A stretch of 63,975 nt of DNA, filler included, from Bigelowiella natans CCMP2755 (lineage: Eukaryota > Protista > Cercozoa), in the NCBI GenBank assembly GCA_000320545.1. It is 8 parts of 8 records of this genome, joined end to end, with 100 filler letters (N's around TTAATTAATTAA, not from the genome) between each part and the next. Parts side by side here need not be neighbours in the genome. Positions count along the whole stretch, not along the records: positions 59,164 to 62,723 come from ADNK01002174.1; positions 62,824 to 63,975 come from ADNK01003674.1; 6 more parts are not named here. The stretch is one strand, 5' to 3'. Both the position numbers and the translations under genes were made by a program. The notes under the pieces are model-generated. The model had not been told where the DNA came from, did not search any database, and saw only the letters and a list, made by a program, of their open reading frames with translations. This document shows positions 60,981 through 63,975 of this stretch, piece after piece; positions within the stretch are counted from its first letter, which is position 1, and each line of letters starts with the position of its first letter.

Positions 60981-62500
60981 ATGATGGAGGAGAGGCAGGG
61001 CCCGAGTGGCAGCTCGGAAGATTCCGGGAAGGAGGAGGGCCCTAGCCAATGGTTTCTCGTGTCTCCCAGCGGTTTCACGATCCAGATCCCTTGCTCCATT
61101 ACCATTGGAAGGTTTGCCTTTTTTCGCTGTGGGATGAACCTGACCAATGGCGGCACTTGTGTGCTTGATCAGGAAACATCTACACTTGGAAACCGAGAGG
61201 GTGAGCGATGAGCACTTGCGATTGCATCCGAAAGACGATGCCCTTCACGTGGTAGGGACAACATTGTACCGTGTCCTATTTCTTCATTGGAAGGGGAAGA
61301 TCTCCTCCCGCATCCACACCCCCCTTTCATTCAAAGCACAACTCTCAGGAGAGTATGGGCAAGAATTCTTCATTCATCCAGCACCTCAACTCGGACGATG
61401 TCATTCCGATGACAAAGGGTACAGTGTACGCGATGGAGGCGGGAGCCGTCGTATGGCTCTTGCGCCACAAGATACGCTTCCGAGCGTACAAGGCTAGGTG
61501 ATGCTCGATGACACTATCTTCGATTCTCTAAGCACTTTTCATCAAAGAATTTGTTGTTTTCATCCACGAAATAACTAAAAAAACAGACGACGGAACAAAG
61601 GAAGAAACAACACTAAGAAAGCGAACCCACCCCCCTTCCTCAATAATATATATCTTGCACAGCGTGGAAGACGTCCTCTGCATCGATCGCGCTGACACCC
61701 CTCCTCCTTCTCCTCCTCCTCCGTCAAGTTCCGAAGAGAAGGAGAAAGTGGGAGGGGAGAGGCAATGCGACAGAGACAACGTGATCGAAGAAGACAACGC
61801 GATGGAAGAACATCGTTCAAGTACACCTCGGGACCGCTCTGTCACATCAGAGAAAGCAACTTCCTCGCCCTCAAGTACGCGTCGCTAGAAACCAACCCAC
61901 ACCCCACACCACACTTGTTCGAGGACACACAGTGAGAAGATGGGAAGGCGGAAGTAGGAAGGGTCGTTGGCGGGAGGAAGAAGGAGAAGAAGAAGATGAT
62001 GATGAATAATGATGATGAGGAGGAGAGAGTTCGGGTAGTCGATAGATGCACGGTTACTGACGCAGTTGATGCTGTCGCCCAAACGCATATATTCGTTCTT
62101 CACTGCTTCTCTTCGGTGTGTACAATCATCTGCGAATTGACCGCTTACTTCAGCTACCCAGCTGTTCCTTTAGTAGCAGTGGTAGTAGGAGGGGGAGAAG
62201 GAGGGGCAGTAGGCGATATTCTGTGCTGATAACTACCCACTCGAATAGGCTGCTGGGCTTGTGCAATCTGCACGGTCCAGAATACGATGGAGAACGTGTT
62301 TTGCCAAGTGTGTGGGAGTCCGCGGCCCAACTACACTCCGGAGGGGGCTGAGGTCTCTTCGGAGAGCAGCAATGCTACAACTGCGACTGCGACTGCGACT
62401 GCGACAGTCGCGATGAATCATCCTAAACAGGTAGGGTCATCTTCGCCGCTGTGCTGCTTGTCGTAGTTTTGTTTCACGGGTGATATACTAATACATATAC

Positions 62501-62537
<37 letters not shown>

Positions 62538-62723
62538 TGGCATTTTCCTTCTATCTTAAATCTCAGCTCGCTGTGCGAATGGGGAGGCCAGAAGAATCTT
62601 CACCGATAGCGGTGAGAGTCACCCTCTATATATCCATGAATAATATGATCGACTATACTATAAAACCCCTCTTTCCTTATCTTGGAAGAGGCACGAGAGA
62701 GAGAGGAGGGGAGGGGGGGGGGG
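60981..62723 (+). CDS. FHA-domain (PNKP/APTX/APLF-type) plus RanBP2-type zinc finger protein, 3' end lost in gap
   Basis: ITIGR|KHLHLETERVSDEHL..LHV|ESMGKNSSFI..GAVVWLL (FHA GR, SxxH and GxN motifs); exon WACAICTVQNTMENVFCQVCGSPRP (W-x-C-x2-C-x3-N-x6-C-x2-C). Confidence 0.72.
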
Positions 62724-62823
62724 NNNNNNNNNNNNNNNNNNNNNNNNNNNNNNNNNNNNNNNNNNNNTTAATTAATTAANNNNNNNNNNNNNNNNNNNNN
62801 NNNNNNNNNNNNNNNNNNNNNNN

Positions 62824-63900
62824 GATATCGTGCAAATTGATGTTTATAAGTACGATGGCTATCACTACTTACTTCGTTGATGTGGCCACTGGAAAGTGCT
62901 GGGTTAAAAAGATTATCAAGGTCAACGTTGCTAAGAAGAACAAAGGCTTATATAAGCAGAGGCTTACTAACTGCTACCGTACCTGGGAGTCTGAGCTCCA
63001 GGCTATCCTGATGAAGTTAGCATAAACAAGATACCAAAGAAGTTACATGTGGATAATGAGACCTCTCTTCTACAGCTACCACACCCTAATATTGATGCCT
63101 CACCTGTATACTATGCCCAGTCCAACTCCAAGGTAGAGCGACTCCACCGCACCTTGGCCAACCTAAGCAGGATAAATAGCACCACACCAGACAAGATACA
63201 AGGGTTAGTAAACGACACCTTCACGTCTGGGGGAGGTATCAAGGATAAGGAGAGGGAAGAAGGCGACGACAACGACGACGATACCGAGAGCGAAGACGAG
63301 AAGGTCCCGTACGATGGCCGAGTTCTAAAGGAAGGACAGTATGTTAGGGCCAAGGTAAATCTGAGATCGAGAAATAAACAAGACCCCTTCTGGGGTGGCG
63401 TTGCAAAGGTTACCGAGAGGAAGGGGAGGAAGCAGTACTACATCTATGATGGGAACAGGGTCACCTTGCGCCACATCAGTCACCTAAAGAATTATGATAT
63501 CGGTGAGAAGCTCCTAGAGGATGTTAAAGTAAACCCTACTGTGTGGGAGCGAGCAATGCCTTGTTTAGGACCCCGACCTAAGTTCGATGTGGAATATGGA
63601 AACAATAAGGTCAGGGTGAACGACGATTGGCGCATGAAGATTGTCTATCTAGGCTACCCTGGATTACGAAATATGGAGAGGGTAGCTATGAAAATAAAGG
63701 ACGGAAAATATCAGCTACTCTACCTAGCTGTTCCCGACTTACCCTTTGAGCACTGGTATAAGGTCCTGGGGGACCTTGATGCAGAGGGCTGGTATGGACA
63801 CGAACCTAAGGACGAAGGTGAGTTCTGGGTAAGCGACAAAGGAGATAAGGTTAGAGAGGAATCTATTACCTGGTGGTTGGTGAAGTTCCGAAAGCGATGA
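62824..63900 (+). CDS. Integrase core (DDE) + SH3-like GPY/F domain + degenerate Dam-like methyltransferase domain; frameshifts near the contig start
   Basis: VQIDV..FVDVATG, PKKLHVDNE, YYAQSNSKVERLHRTL; GQYV..KQDPFWGG..YYI..RHISHLKNY; C-terminal VNPTVWE..GPRPKFDV..DWRMKIVYLGYPG..RVAMKI..LAVPDLPFEHWYKVL. Confidence 0.75.
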
Positions 63901-63943
63901 AGGTCTAAGGGAATAAGGAAGGAAGGAAGGAGCAACGTGACTT

Positions 63944-63975
63944 GGGGGAGGTGTAGCGCGTACCACTACGCGGGC
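63944..63975 (+). repeat. Polypurine tract (GGGGGAGG, 63944-63951) and start of the 3' LTR (TGTAGC.. from 63952)
   Basis: Canonical PPT-TG junction about 45 nt after the pol stop codon. Confidence 0.7.

Larger units (their letters stand above)
62824..63975 (+). mobile_element. 3' end of a Ty3/Gypsy-like LTR retrotransposon
   Basis: Integrase at the pol C-terminus, followed by a polypurine tract and a TG-starting putative LTR. Confidence 0.8.

Overview
Intron-rich eukaryotic (protist) nuclear DNA made of eight contigs joined by artificial 100-nt spacers (44 N + TTAATTAATTAA + 44 N), so adjacency across spacers is unproven. A signal-peptide-led GLY1/SFD1-type G3PDH suggests an alga with a complex plastid (possibly a chlorarachniophyte; inference only). 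Genes reconstructed by eye from GT-AG exons: KRR1, HAS1/DDX18, NSF, a guanylate-binding protein with a C-terminal LEM-like domain and NLS, PUS3/DEG1 (partial), two near-identical intronless copies of a secreted protein with an unrecognised 6-Cys repeat, a class IV sirtuin followed by or fused to Kelch repeats, G3PDH, a Canopy/saposin-like ER protein, FEN1, an NHL-repeat protein, RTCA, a PH-domain protein, an ankyrin gene built from tandem exon+intron units, an FHA + RanBP2-zinc-finger protein, and the 3' end of a Gypsy element whose integrase seems fused to a degenerate Dam-like N6-adenine methyltransferase domain. The most striking signal is compositional: transposon relics and non-promoter intergenic DNA are purged of the TpA dinucleotide (4 TA in about 3 kb at 28561-31589, all in CTAG), with TA->TG/CA footprints, while genes and their (TA)n-rich introns are untouched. 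This looks like a region-targeted A:T->G:C hypermutation system, the mirror image of fungal RIP.
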